From positions 1 to 38,049 of the forward strand of contig DASRLG010000041.1 in assembly GCA_035648575.1 (NCBI GenBank): a DNA stretch of 38,049 nt. Direction: 5' to 3'. Numbering within the stretch: the stretch's first letter is position 1; every line of letters starts with the position of its first letter. A model generated the notes under the pieces. It worked only from the letters and a program-made list of their open reading frames with translations. It was not told where the DNA came from and made no database searches. The stretch is from Candidatus Dormiibacterota bacterium. Its GTDB lineage: Bacteria > Patescibacteriota > Saccharimonadia > Saccharimonadales > UBA4665. Below, one piece after another: positions 25,734 to 34,500 of the stretch. Made by a program: the position numbers and the translations under genes.

Positions 25734-26582
25734 ATGGATGAGAAGGATTTGGGCAAACGGCTGCAGGCGGCGCGCCAAACTGCCGGTTTGACGCAGCAAA
25801 AACTGTGCCAGCACGCCAACCTGAGCTTCTCCACCCTTACCAAGATCGAACGTGGTGCCATCAAGTCGCCGTCAATTTTCACTATCCAGTCCATAGCTAC
25901 AGCTCTAGGGGTCAGCCTTGACGAGCTGGTCGGCCAAGCCAGCCTGAGCAGCAGCCGCCGCCAGCTGAGCAAGACCAAGACCGGTGTCAGCTTCATCTAC
26001 TTCGATGTTAACGGCTGTCTTATTAACTCGCCGCAGCGGGCCATGGCCAGGTTGTCGCAGGCCACCGGAGCGCCTTCCGACATCGTAGAAATGGCCTTCT
26101 GGCACTACAACGACGAAGTTTGCCGCGGCACCATGAGCACCAGCGACTTTAACGCCAAACTGGCCAAGCGTTTGGATATCGACGAAGTCAAATGGCAGGA
26201 CTACTACCTGGAAATGGTCGAGCCGATAACCCAGATGCAGGAATTGCTGAAGTGGGCCGCCGAGAACTACAAAGTTGGGCTGATGACCAACATCATGCCC
26301 GGCTTCCTGAGCTCCCTGCGGCGCAACGGCCAGGTGCCGGAAATGCCCTACGACGCCGTTGTCGACTCTTCAGAGGTGGCGACCATCAAGCCGGAAGTCA
26401 AAATGTATGAAATCGCCCAGGAACGGGCCGGCTGCCCGCCCTCGGAAATCCTGCTGGTCGATGATTCAAAAGTTAACTTGATGGCCGCCGAGAAGCTTGG
26501 CTGGCACGTGCTCTGGTTCGACGAAGTCCACCCCGAGGAATCGGTTGAACGGGTTCGCGCCGCGCTTGAACCGGCCGCTTAA
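25734..26582 (+). CDS. XRE-family helix-turn-helix domain fused to a HAD-superfamily hydrolase-like domain
   Basis: N-terminus LGKRLQAARQTAGLTQQKLCQHANLSFSTLTKIERG (Cro/C1 HTH). C-terminal HAD-like motifs FIYFDVNGCLI (motif I variant), GLMTN (II), K...LLVDDSKVNLMAA (III/IV). Confidence 0.8.
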   Translation: MDEKDLGKRLQAARQTAGLTQQKLCQHANLSFSTLTKIERGAIKSPSIFTIQSIATALGVSLDELVGQASLSSSRRQLSKTKTGVSFIYFDVNGCLINSPQRAMARLSQATGAPSDIVEMAFWHYNDEVCRGTMSTSDFNAKLAKRLDIDEVKWQDYYLEMVEPITQMQELLKWAAENYKVGLMTNIMPGFLSSLRRNGQVPEMPYDAVVDSSEVATIKPEVKMYEIAQERAGCPPSEILLVDDSKVNLMAAEKLGWHVLWFDEVHPEESVERVRAALEPAA

Positions 26583-26588
26583 AGAGCT

Positions 26589-29228
26589 TCAGGAAACGTC
26601 GAAACGTTTTTGCTCCTGGTCGATGGAGGCTAGCAGGTCTTTGGCCTCGGCCATCTGTTGTTTGGTCTGGGCAACGACCTCGTGAGGGGCGTTTTTGACG
26701 TAATTCTTATTAGCCAACCGGGCTTCCAGTTGTTTGATGACGGCTGACTGCGCGGACCGCTTCCCTTCCAGCTCGTTCAAATAGTTCCGGGCCGTGGCCT
26801 TATCGATATCCAGCCAGCAGCGGTGCTTGGTACTGATTAGGTAAAGGCCGGTGCCGTCTTTGACTTCGGTGACGGCTTGGAGGCGGCTGAGGCGTTTGAT
26901 GATCTCGGCGTTGTCGCGCAGGAATGGGACGTCGGTGTAGTAGAGTGTGACGCCGGCAACCTTGAGGGCGTTGAGGATTAGGCGTGTCTCCTTGACGATA
27001 GCTTGGATTTCGGCGAAATCGGCGGCCTGGTGTTTATCGCTCTTCGGTACGGGTCGCAATGTCCGGGTAGCCAGGATGGAGTCGGCTTCCCAGGCCAGCG
27101 TTTGCCAGACGGTCTCGGTCACGAACGGGGCGAACGGATGGGCCAGGGTCAGCACGGCCTCCAGCAAATAGGCCAGGACAGGCTTGTTCGGCGCCGCCTT
27201 GCTGGCTTCAATGTACCAGTCGGCCAGGTCATCCCAGACGAAGTGATAAAGCCGCTCATAGGCCTCGCTGAAACGGTAATTATCCAGGTCGGCCGCGGTC
27301 TTCTCCTGAAACTGTTGTAATTTACTCAATATCCAGTGGTCAGCCGCGGAGATAGGCTTTACCTCTTCCCTGCCCGTCTCGTCGCCGACGATGTCCTCGA
27401 TGTAACGGGCGATGTTCCAGAGCTTGTTGCAGAAGTTGCGGTTGGCTTCGAGCTTGCCGCCGCCCCAGCTCTGGTCGTTGCCCGGAGATACGCCCATGAT
27501 CAGGGCCATGCGCAAGGCGTCGGCACCGTATTTGGGGATGATATCCAAGGGGTCAATTATGGAAGCGGGCCGGCTTTTGCTCATTTTTTTGCCGTCCTCT
27601 GCACGTACTAAGCCATGCAGGTAAACGTCCTTGAACGGTACCTGGCCGGTAACGTAAGTAGTTGCCAGGATCATGCGAGCCACCCAGAAAAATATAATAT
27701 CCCAGCCAGTTTCCATGACGTTGGTCGGGTGGTAGGCCTGGAAATCCGGGCTCTGGTTGAGCAGGTCATCAAGTGACAAACCGTAATCCCGCGCCAGCTC
27801 AGGATCGATCAGGGTGCTCCAGGTCCAGAGGGCCGAGCTGAACCAGGTATCAAGCGTGTCCGGGTCCTGCTCCCACTCGTGCCAGCCCTCGCTGCTGTCA
27901 GTCGGCGGCTGGACGCCGGCGTAAGTCTCTTCCCTGCCGTCGGTGTCGGTACGGTACCAGACCGGGATCCGGTGTCCCCACCAGATTTGGCGGCTGACGC
28001 ACCAGTCGCGCAGATTATCGATCCAATGGAAGTAAATTTTCTCGAAGCGCTTAGGAATAATGCTGATGTCGCCGTCGCGGACCGTGGCCTGCAGAACCTC
28101 CTTGAGGCTGTGCTGCTTCCCTTTCCAGTGGACGGCCGGCTTGTTGACGTCGACGAACCATTGTAGCCGGATCTGGGGCTCGATAACGCCCTTGCCGCGC
28201 TCGTTTATGGCTATGTTGTGGATGTAGTTCTCATCCGTTTTGACCAGTAGACCCTTTTTAGCCAGTTTTTCTACGATCTTCGGCCGGGCTTCGGCGATTG
28301 GCAGGCCGGCGAATTCACCGGCGATCGGCAAAAGTTTCCCGTGAAAATCGATGATCTGCTCCTTGTCGAGGCCATGGCGCTCGGCGATTTCGAAGTCGGT
28401 GTGGTCGTGCCACGGCGTGATAGTCATGACCCCTGTTCCGAACTTCGGATCGACGGCCTCGTCCTTGATGACGGTGGCTGTTACTTTGCCGTTAATCCAT
28501 TCGGCTTCGAAGGTGTCGCCCTGCTTGTATTTGGCGTAGCGTTTGTCGTCGGGGTGCATGACGACGTACTTGTCGCCGAATTTGGTTTCCGGCCGGGCGG
28601 TGCCGATCTCGAACGGACCGTACTTCAACGTATAAAACTTTCCCTGCTCTTCCTGGTAGGTGACTTCGTCATCCGAGACATTGGTTTCGAGGTTCGGGTC
28701 CCAGTTAACGATGCGATGACCCCTGTAAATCAGGCCGTCGTCATACATACGGACGAAAGTCTCGTTAACGCAGCGGTTTAAGGCTTCGTCCAAAGTGTAG
28801 CGCAGTCGCGTCCAGTCGGCGCTGGCCCCGATAGCTCGCATTTGTGTCAGCATGGTGTCACGGCTGGTACCGACGAACTCGCGGGTACGCTCCAGGAAAG
28901 CCTCGCGGCCTATCTGGTGCTTATCAGTTCCCTCTTCTACCAGTTTGTTTTCGATAATGGCGTTGACGGCCAGCGCGGCGTGGTCGGTTCCGGGCAGCCA
29001 AAGCACGTCTTTCCCCTGTTGGCGGGCGTGCCTGGCCATAATGTCTTGAAGGGTCAGGAACAAGGCGTGGCCGATGCTAAGCGTGCCGGTCTCATTAGGC
29101 GGTGGCATGCTGATTGAGAAGTGTTCTTTGCTGCTCCGAGGATCGGCTGTGAAGGCGCCGCTTTTCTCCCAGAGGGCGTAAATATCACTCTCGTACTGTC
29201 CCGGCTCATAAACCTTAGGCAACTTCAT
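26589..29228 (-). CDS. valS: Valine--tRNA ligase
   Basis: 879 aa. PPPNETGTLSIGHAL (HIGH region), KMSKS present, a CP1 editing-domain-sized insert, and a C-terminal coiled coil typical of ValRS. Confidence 0.9.
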   Translation of the reverse strand: MKLPKVYEPGQYESDIYALWEKSGAFTADPRSSKEHFSISMPPPNETGTLSIGHALFLTLQDIMARHARQQGKDVLWLPGTDHAALAVNAIIENKLVEEGTDKHQIGREAFLERTREFVGTSRDTMLTQMRAIGASADWTRLRYTLDEALNRCVNETFVRMYDDGLIYRGHRIVNWDPNLETNVSDDEVTYQEEQGKFYTLKYGPFEIGTARPETKFGDKYVVMHPDDKRYAKYKQGDTFEAEWINGKVTATVIKDEAVDPKFGTGVMTITPWHDHTDFEIAERHGLDKEQIIDFHGKLLPIAGEFAGLPIAEARPKIVEKLAKKGLLVKTDENYIHNIAINERGKGVIEPQIRLQWFVDVNKPAVHWKGKQHSLKEVLQATVRDGDISIIPKRFEKIYFHWIDNLRDWCVSRQIWWGHRIPVWYRTDTDGREETYAGVQPPTDSSEGWHEWEQDPDTLDTWFSSALWTWSTLIDPELARDYGLSLDDLLNQSPDFQAYHPTNVMETGWDIIFFWVARMILATTYVTGQVPFKDVYLHGLVRAEDGKKMSKSRPASIIDPLDIIPKYGADALRMALIMGVSPGNDQSWGGGKLEANRNFCNKLWNIARYIEDIVGDETGREEVKPISAADHWILSKLQQFQEKTAADLDNYRFSEAYERLYHFVWDDLADWYIEASKAAPNKPVLAYLLEAVLTLAHPFAPFVTETVWQTLAWEADSILATRTLRPVPKSDKHQAADFAEIQAIVKETRLILNALKVAGVTLYYTDVPFLRDNAEIIKRLSRLQAVTEVKDGTGLYLISTKHRCWLDIDKATARNYLNELEGKRSAQSAVIKQLEARLANKNYVKNAPHEVVAQTKQQMAEAKDLLASIDQEQKRFDVS

Positions 29229-29302
29229 GCCCTACATCATACCACCTCTGTAATAATTAAAGAAATCGGGTCTGGCCATCGATATGAAGATGGATCCTAA
29301 CA

Positions 29303-29331
29303 TTGACAAAAAGCACATAAACTAGTATGAT
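29303..29331 (+). promoter_or_regulatory. Candidate promoter TTGACA-17-TATGAT for the 29369 gene
   Basis: TTGACA at 29303-29308, a 17-nt spacer, TATGAT at 29326-29331. GAGGAA lies 9 nt upstream of the TTG start. Confidence 0.5.
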
Positions 29332-29368
29332 TAATCTTTGAGTTTAAGGGATTGAGGAATATAAAGTT

Positions 29369-30025
29369 TTGATTACCGCCGGAGACATTCTGGCTGGCGT
29401 ACAGCTACAGGACCGTTATCGATACGTACTTGAGGATGCCTCGGTCGACGAGAAGCTAGGCTTCTTGACCATGCAAGCGCCGTTTACCAGTCCGCGGCAG
29501 GAAATATTAGTCGGTTTCGGCGTGCCGGGCTGGCAAACGGGTACCAGTGCGCTGCCGGACAGCACGACCTCTATAACTGAGTTTAGCGACCTGCCGGCAT
29601 CCCGGCGAAAACTGGCTGATGTGAATATGGGTATAGGGGTAAGGCTCTACAACACCTGGCAAGGGGTCACCTTAGCACCTGAAAATTTCCAGCATATAGG
29701 TGCCTATATCGTGGGGTGCGAGATAGGCAAGGGGCGTATTCCCATCAACCGTGGAGGCCAAGGCCAACGGTTTGATCGGGTATTACAAGAGGGAATTGTT
29801 AGAACGTTAGGCATGGAAAGATTGATAAGAAGCATCAATTGGTGGCAGGAAGACCCTGACGTATCAATTCACAACCAAATCGCTTTGGTCACCGAAGAAC
29901 AGAGGCAGCGCCGCCAAGCGCCGCTGCCGGAACTGGACGAAAGGATAGCGGTTGTCCGGAACCCTCATCTGGTTATAACTAAGATCGGTGAGGTCGACCT
30001 GCAGCGGGTTACATCGACAAGTTAG
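29369..30025 (+). CDS. Hypothetical protein (218 aa)
   Basis: TTG start with a GAGGAA SD; the first ATG is 34 codons in. No motif recognised. The 3' end overlaps the convergent tsaD by 17 nt. Confidence 0.6.
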   Translation: MITAGDILAGVQLQDRYRYVLEDASVDEKLGFLTMQAPFTSPRQEILVGFGVPGWQTGTSALPDSTTSITEFSDLPASRRKLADVNMGIGVRLYNTWQGVTLAPENFQHIGAYIVGCEIGKGRIPINRGGQGQRFDRVLQEGIVRTLGMERLIRSINWWQEDPDVSIHNQIALVTEEQRQRRQAPLPELDERIAVVRNPHLVITKIGEVDLQRVTSTS

Positions 30026-31067
30026 GTTCGATTGCCAGGGTATAAGGATCGGCCGCGGGCTGGTCGTGCGCGGCCTTGAAACAAGCGAGGGCGGCAACCA
30101 TGGCGGCATTATCGGTACAAAGGGCAGGGTCGGGGTAACTCAAGGGCAGGGGAATAGCAGCTGACAACTGGCGGCGCAGCTCCTGGTTGGCAGCGACACC
30201 GCCGGCTATGACTACGCTCTGCGGGCTGAATTCTTCATAGGCCAGCTTGGCCTTGTCGACGATGGTTTCGATGGCGACGCGTTGGAAGCTGGCAGCAATA
30301 TTGGCTTTCTGGGCCGCGGAGAGGCGTCCAGGCAGCTTGGTAGAGGGGAAATCGTGACTTTCCCCGATTTGAGCTTGGGCGAGGCGTAGAACGGCTGTTT
30401 TTGGGCCTGAGAAGCTGAAATCGTATTTACCCATCCTGGCTTTTGGCAGCTCGAAGGCGTTGGGATCGCCTTCGGCGGCAGCTTCGGCTACGGACGGCCC
30501 GCCGGGGTAGGGGAGACCGAGCATTTTGGCTACCTTGTCGAAAGCTTCGCCGATGGCGTCATCCTGGGTCTGTCCCAGCAAGATGTAATCGAAGTGTCCG
30601 CGGAACAATACCAACTGGCTATGGCCGCCGGAAACGATTATGGCCAGCATCGGGAATTTCGGCTGGGCGGCCGGCATCTTGTAGCTGGGCAGGGCAGTCT
30701 CGGTCAGGAAGTTGGCGTAAACGTGGGCCTCGACGTGGTTGATGCCATATAGAGGTTTGGCTTGCGCGATGGCCAGGGTGCGAGCCGTCATGACGCCGAT
30801 CAACAGGCTGCCGCCCAGGCCGGCGCCGTACGTGACGCCGATCGCGTCAATATCATTCCAGGTACAGTCGGCCTCGGCCAGGGCCTCTTGGATTATCGGC
30901 AGTATGGACTCGATATGGCTGCGGGCGGCGATTTCCGGTACGACGCCGCCATATTTGGCATGGAGGTCCATGCTTGAGGCTACGGCGCTGCTTAACAGGC
31001 GCTTGCCGTCTTCGACGACGGCCGCCGCCGTCTCGTCGCAACTGGTTTCGATGCCTAAAATTTTCAT
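30009..31067 (-). CDS. tsaD: tRNA N6-adenosine threonylcarbamoyltransferase TsaD (Kae1/Gcp family)
   Basis: MKILGIETSCDETAAAVV..., a His-containing metal site GINHVEAH, and VSGGHSQL; these are canonical TsaD blocks. Confidence 0.9.
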   Translation of the reverse strand: MKILGIETSCDETAAAVVEDGKRLLSSAVASSMDLHAKYGGVVPEIAARSHIESILPIIQEALAEADCTWNDIDAIGVTYGAGLGGSLLIGVMTARTLAIAQAKPLYGINHVEAHVYANFLTETALPSYKMPAAQPKFPMLAIIVSGGHSQLVLFRGHFDYILLGQTQDDAIGEAFDKVAKMLGLPYPGGPSVAEAAAEGDPNAFELPKARMGKYDFSFSGPKTAVLRLAQAQIGESHDFPSTKLPGRLSAAQKANIAASFQRVAIETIVDKAKLAYEEFSPQSVVIAGGVAANQELRRQLSAAIPLPLSYPDPALCTDNAAMVAALACFKAAHDQPAADPYTLAIEPNLSM

Positions 31068-31075
31068 CAGGTTAC

Positions 31076-31083
31076 AGTATACT
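31076..31083. promoter_or_regulatory. Palindromic -10 element AGTATACT in the 23-bp tsaD/murE divergent spacer
   Basis: It reads TATACT on both strands. That places it 7 nt before the murE ATG (31091) and 8 nt before the tsaD ATG (31067). Confidence 0.35.
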
Positions 31084-31090
31084 TAGAGGC

Positions 31091-32392
31091 ATGAATATTC
31101 GGAAAATCGTGAAGAAGTTTATCCCGTCGGGATTGTTCGCGGCCATCGAGCCTTACGGGCATTTAACAGAGGCGGTATTGCTGAATACCCTAAATGGCTT
31201 TCCATCGCGGGGGATGAAAGTTATCGGGGTCACGGGAACGAACGGCAAGACCACGACCTCGTTTCTGGTCCATCGGATGCTGCACGAAGCAGGCTACAAA
31301 GTCGGGCTTATGAGTACCGTCGGCTACGGGGTAGGGCTGGATATCAAACCCCAGGTCCATCATATGACCAATGTCAGCGTGCCGGAACTGATGCAGCGGC
31401 TGAAATGGATGAAAGCCCAGGATATCGACTGGCTGGTGCTGGAAACGACCTCCCACGGCTTGGCGCAGCACCGGGTCTGGGGCGTGCCTTATTCGGTGGC
31501 AGTGATGACCAACGTGACGCATGAGCACCTGGCTTACCACCGGACATTCGAGCGTTACCGAGACGCCAAACGGATGATGTTCAAGATGACCAACCGTAAC
31601 CGCAAGGGGCTGAGGACCGGGATTATTAATGCCGAAGACCCTAGCGCTGAGCTGTTTGCCCGCGATATTAAGAATCCTGTGCTTTATGGGATAGGCAAGG
31701 GCGATATCAAGGCGGTCAAAGTCGAGCTTTCGCCCAAGGGCGTGAGTTACCAGGCCGAGACCGGTGGCGAGACCTATGATATCCATTGCCAGATACCAGG
31801 CAGTTTCAATGTGTCTAATTCGTTGGCGGCTGTTGGTGTAGGCCGAGCGCTGGGGCTTAGCCAACAACAGATAGAGAAGGGGATCGCGGCCCTGGAGGGC
31901 GTCGAAGGGCGAATGACTACCATTGAGGCCGGGCAGGACTTCACGGTTATCGTAGATTACGCGCACGCGCCGGATAGCTTCGAGAAGCTGTTCAAGGATT
32001 TCAAGCCGGTAGTGAAGGGCAAACTGATCGTCATGTTCGGCTCGCTGGGCGAGGGCGATAAAGGCAAGCGGCCATTGCAAGGTAAACTGGCTGGCCAATA
32101 CGCCGACGAAGTCATCGTTTGCGAGGAAGACGACCGCCAGGAAGACGGCCTGTCTATTATGGAGGACATCGCGAAAGGCGTCGAAGCCGCCGGAAAAGTA
32201 CGCGATAAAGACCTTTTTCTGGTGCACGACCGCACCGAGGCCATGAATTTCACTTTCCGCCGAGCCAAAAAGGGCGATACCGTGTTGTTACTCGGCAAGG
32301 GCCACGAAAAAACGATGGAAAAAGCCGACGGCGAGCATCCTTGGAACGAACCGGTCATGGCTCATGACGCGCTCAAGCGACTTACTTCTTAA
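31091..32392 (+). CDS. murE: Mur ligase family protein, MurE-like (UDP-MurNAc-tripeptide synthetase)
   Basis: ATG at 31091; the track ORF begins upstream inside tsaD. GVTGTNGKTTT P-loop, ETTSHGL, NVTHEHLAYH, DAKRMMF, VDYAHAPDS, GKGHE. The N-terminal domain is short. Confidence 0.75.
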   Translation: MNIRKIVKKFIPSGLFAAIEPYGHLTEAVLLNTLNGFPSRGMKVIGVTGTNGKTTTSFLVHRMLHEAGYKVGLMSTVGYGVGLDIKPQVHHMTNVSVPELMQRLKWMKAQDIDWLVLETTSHGLAQHRVWGVPYSVAVMTNVTHEHLAYHRTFERYRDAKRMMFKMTNRNRKGLRTGIINAEDPSAELFARDIKNPVLYGIGKGDIKAVKVELSPKGVSYQAETGGETYDIHCQIPGSFNVSNSLAAVGVGRALGLSQQQIEKGIAALEGVEGRMTTIEAGQDFTVIVDYAHAPDSFEKLFKDFKPVVKGKLIVMFGSLGEGDKGKRPLQGKLAGQYADEVIVCEEDDRQEDGLSIMEDIAKGVEAAGKVRDKDLFLVHDRTEAMNFTFRRAKKGDTVLLLGKGHEKTMEKADGEHPWNEPVMAHDALKRLTS

Positions 32393-32410
32393 TGAAAAAT
32401 CAATGACTGC

Positions 32411-32439
32411 TTGACCAGATTCTGGCACTCGGGTATGAT
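32411..32439 (+). promoter_or_regulatory. groESL promoter TTGACC-17-TATGAT
   Basis: Hexamers at 32411-32416 and 32434-32439, about 65 nt upstream of the groES ATG. Confidence 0.55.
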
Positions 32440-32448
32440 GAGTGCTAG
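32422..32448. promoter_or_regulatory. CIRCE-like HrcA operator (CTGGCACTC-N9-GAGTGCTAG)
   Basis: The GCACTC-N9-GAGTGC core is perfect. The consensus is TTAGCACTC-N9-GAGTGCTAA. The element overlaps the -10 hexamer of the groESL promoter. Confidence 0.7.
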
Positions 32449-32504
32449 AAGCAGGTGTTCTTTGCGAGGCTACATCTGTTAAGTGTAATTTAATGGAGGT
32501 TTAT

Positions 32505-32771
32505 ATGAGTGCACCATTGCAACCCTTGAGTGATTATATTGTCGCCCAGGCTGAGGAAGCTGAGAGCAAGACCGCCAGCGGTTTGTATCTGCCGGACAAA
32601 GCCCAGGAAAAACCCAAAACTGCCAAAGTCGTAGCTGCCGGCCCGAACGCCAGGCAGGTGAAAGTCGGTGACCGGATCGTTTATAAAAGTTACAGCACGA
32701 CCGAGGTAAAAGTCGACGGTGAAGAGTTTATTTTAGTTAAAGAAGAAGACGTCCTAGCGACGGTTAAATAA
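32505..32771 (+). CDS. groES: Co-chaperonin GroES
   Basis: ATG at 32505 with a GGAGG SD. LQPLSDYIVAQ...ASGLYLPD...AKVVAAGP...VGDRIVY are typical Cpn10 blocks. Confidence 0.9.
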   Translation: MSAPLQPLSDYIVAQAEEAESKTASGLYLPDKAQEKPKTAKVVAAGPNARQVKVGDRIVYKSYSTTEVKVDGEEFILVKEEDVLATVK

Positions 32772-32798
32772 CGGTATAAACAGGGGAGATTGATCAAT

Positions 32799-34448
32799 AT
32801 GGCGAAGAAAGTATTTTATGACGCTGATGCCCGCGGGCGGGTTCTGGCCGGTGCCGAAGTTCTATATAACGCGGTCAAAACGACCATGGGGCCCAAGGGT
32901 CGCAACGTGGTTATCAGTAAATCATTCGGCGCGCCGACCGTTACGCATGACGGCGTGACCGTTGCCAAAGGCGTGGAACTGGCTGACGTCGATGACGAAA
33001 CTCTGGGCTACAAAGTCGGCGCTGAACTTATTAAGCAAGCCGCTTCCAAGATGAACGACGTAGCCGGTGACGGCACTACGACCGTGACCGTCCTGACCTA
33101 CCACATCCTGAACGAGGCCAACAAGCTGATCGCGGCCGGCCATAATCCGATGCTGCTGCGCAAAGGCCTGGAGGCTGCCGGGCAGGAAGCTATTTCTAAG
33201 CTGGCGGCTTTGTCCGAGGATATCCAGGGCAAGAAATCGCGCGTAGCCGAGGTCGCAACGATTTCGGCCGGCGACGCCCAGATCGGCGACCTGATTTCCG
33301 AGGTAATCGACAAAGTCGGCAAAGACGGCGTCGTGACCGTTGAAGAAGGGCAGGGACTTGAGATGGAATCGGAAGTCGTCGAAGGCTTCACGTTCGATCG
33401 CGGTTTTGTCAGTCCCTACATGGTGACTGATACGGCACGCATGGAAGCCGTTTATGACAAGGCGGCCGTCGTGATTACCGACATGAAGATTGCCAGCGTG
33501 CAGGAATTTTTGCCATTACTAGAGAAACTGGCGCAATCCGGCAAGAAAGACCTCGTCCTGATCGCCGAAGACGTCGAGGGCGAAGCGCTTGGCACATTGA
33601 TTCTTAACCGTTTGAAAGGTGTTTTCAACACAGTGGCTATCAAGGCACCGGCCTTTGGCGACCGCCGCAAAGACGTTTTGAATGACATCGCTATTCTGAC
33701 CGGTGCCCAAGTGGTGACCGAAGACCGCGGCATGACATTCGAGAATGTTGATATCGACGTGGTCGGTTCGGCTCGCCGAGTGATCGTTAACAAGGACGAG
33801 ACGACTATCATCGAGGGCGGCGGTTCGCCGGCCGAGGTCGCGGCCCGCATCAAGCAGATCAACGCCCAAACCGATGCCGCTACCAGCGAGTACGACAAAG
33901 AAAACCTCGAGAAGCGCCGCGCTGCCTTGAGCGGCAAAGTTGCCGTGATCAAAGTCGGCGGTGCCACCGAAACCGAAATCGAAGAGAAGAAATTCCGGGT
34001 TGATGACGCCGTCCACGCCGTTAAAGCGGCTCTGGACGAAGGCATCGTGCCCGGCGGCGGCGTGACACTGATCAACCTGATCGGCACAGTCAGCAGTAGC
34101 AGTAGTGATGACACTTCCGTAGCCGCGGGCAAATTGTTGCTGATTCGCGCGCTTGAACAGCCTTTCCGGATCCTGCTGGCCAACGCCGGCTTGAACGCCG
34201 ACGAATGGCTGCCCCAGGTCAAGGCCGGCAAGCCTGGCTTCGGTGTCAACCTCAACGAACCGAGCAAGCTGGTCGACTTGAAGACTGCTGGCATCATTGA
34301 CCCGGCCCGTGTTACCAAGGAAGCATTGCAAAATGCCATTTCGATCGCCGGCACCGCCATGACTATGGGCGCGCTGGTAGTTGACGTGCCTCAGGAAGAA
34401 AAAGCTGACCCTACCGCCGGAATGGGCGGTATGGGCGGCATGATGTAG
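32799..34448 (+). CDS. groEL: Chaperonin GroEL
   Basis: ATG at 32799 with a [20 protein letters not shown]...GPKGRNVV...[11 protein letters not shown]...; C-terminal GMGGMGGMM. Confidence 0.95.
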   Translation: MAKKVFYDADARGRVLAGAEVLYNAVKTTMGPKGRNVVISKSFGAPTVTHDGVTVAKGVELADVDDETLGYKVGAELIKQAASKMNDVAGDGTTTVTVLTYHILNEANKLIAAGHNPMLLRKGLEAAGQEAISKLAALSEDIQGKKSRVAEVATISAGDAQIGDLISEVIDKVGKDGVVTVEEGQGLEMESEVVEGFTFDRGFVSPYMVTDTARMEAVYDKAAVVITDMKIASVQEFLPLLEKLAQSGKKDLVLIAEDVEGEALGTLILNRLKGVFNTVAIKAPAFGDRRKDVLNDIAILTGAQVVTEDRGMTFENVDIDVVGSARRVIVNKDETTIIEGGGSPAEVAARIKQINAQTDAATSEYDKENLEKRRAALSGKVAVIKVGGATETEIEEKKFRVDDAVHAVKAALDEGIVPGGGVTLINLIGTVSSSSSDDTSVAAGKLLLIRALEQPFRILLANAGLNADEWLPQVKAGKPGFGVNLNEPSKLVDLKTAGIIDPARVTKEALQNAISIAGTAMTMGALVVDVPQEEKADPTAGMGGMGGMM

Positions 34449-34454
34449 CAGCCG

Positions 34455-34490
34455 CAAACGGGACTTGGCTTACGGGGCCTGGTCCGTTTG
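34455..34490. terminator. Stem-loop between convergent groEL and the 34501 gene (possible terminator)
   Basis: CAAACGG(G)AC ... GTCCGTTTG: 9 bp with one bulge plus an inner GGC/GCC extension. No clear T-run. Confidence 0.35.
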
Positions 34491-34500
34491 GTATTAGTTT

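Noticed and set aside
25476-25814. 112-aa minus-strand ORF containing YNPDDDYD, reminiscent of the LYNPDDDDG repeats in the first gene
   Set aside because: It would overlap both the HIT stop and 80 nt of the divergent XRE-HAD gene, and it has no internal start. The plus-strand 58-aa two-TM ORF explains the region better. The motif resemblance is short and is probably chance.
31190-32227. 345-aa minus-strand ORF antisense to murE
   Set aside because: It has no motifs and an Arg/His/Leu-rich composition. The plus strand has the complete set of Mur ligase blocks.
33452-34457. Two roughly 300-aa minus-strand ORFs antisense to groEL
   Set aside because: The groEL reading frame is unambiguous. 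The antisense frames are Ser/Ala/Arg-rich shadows.
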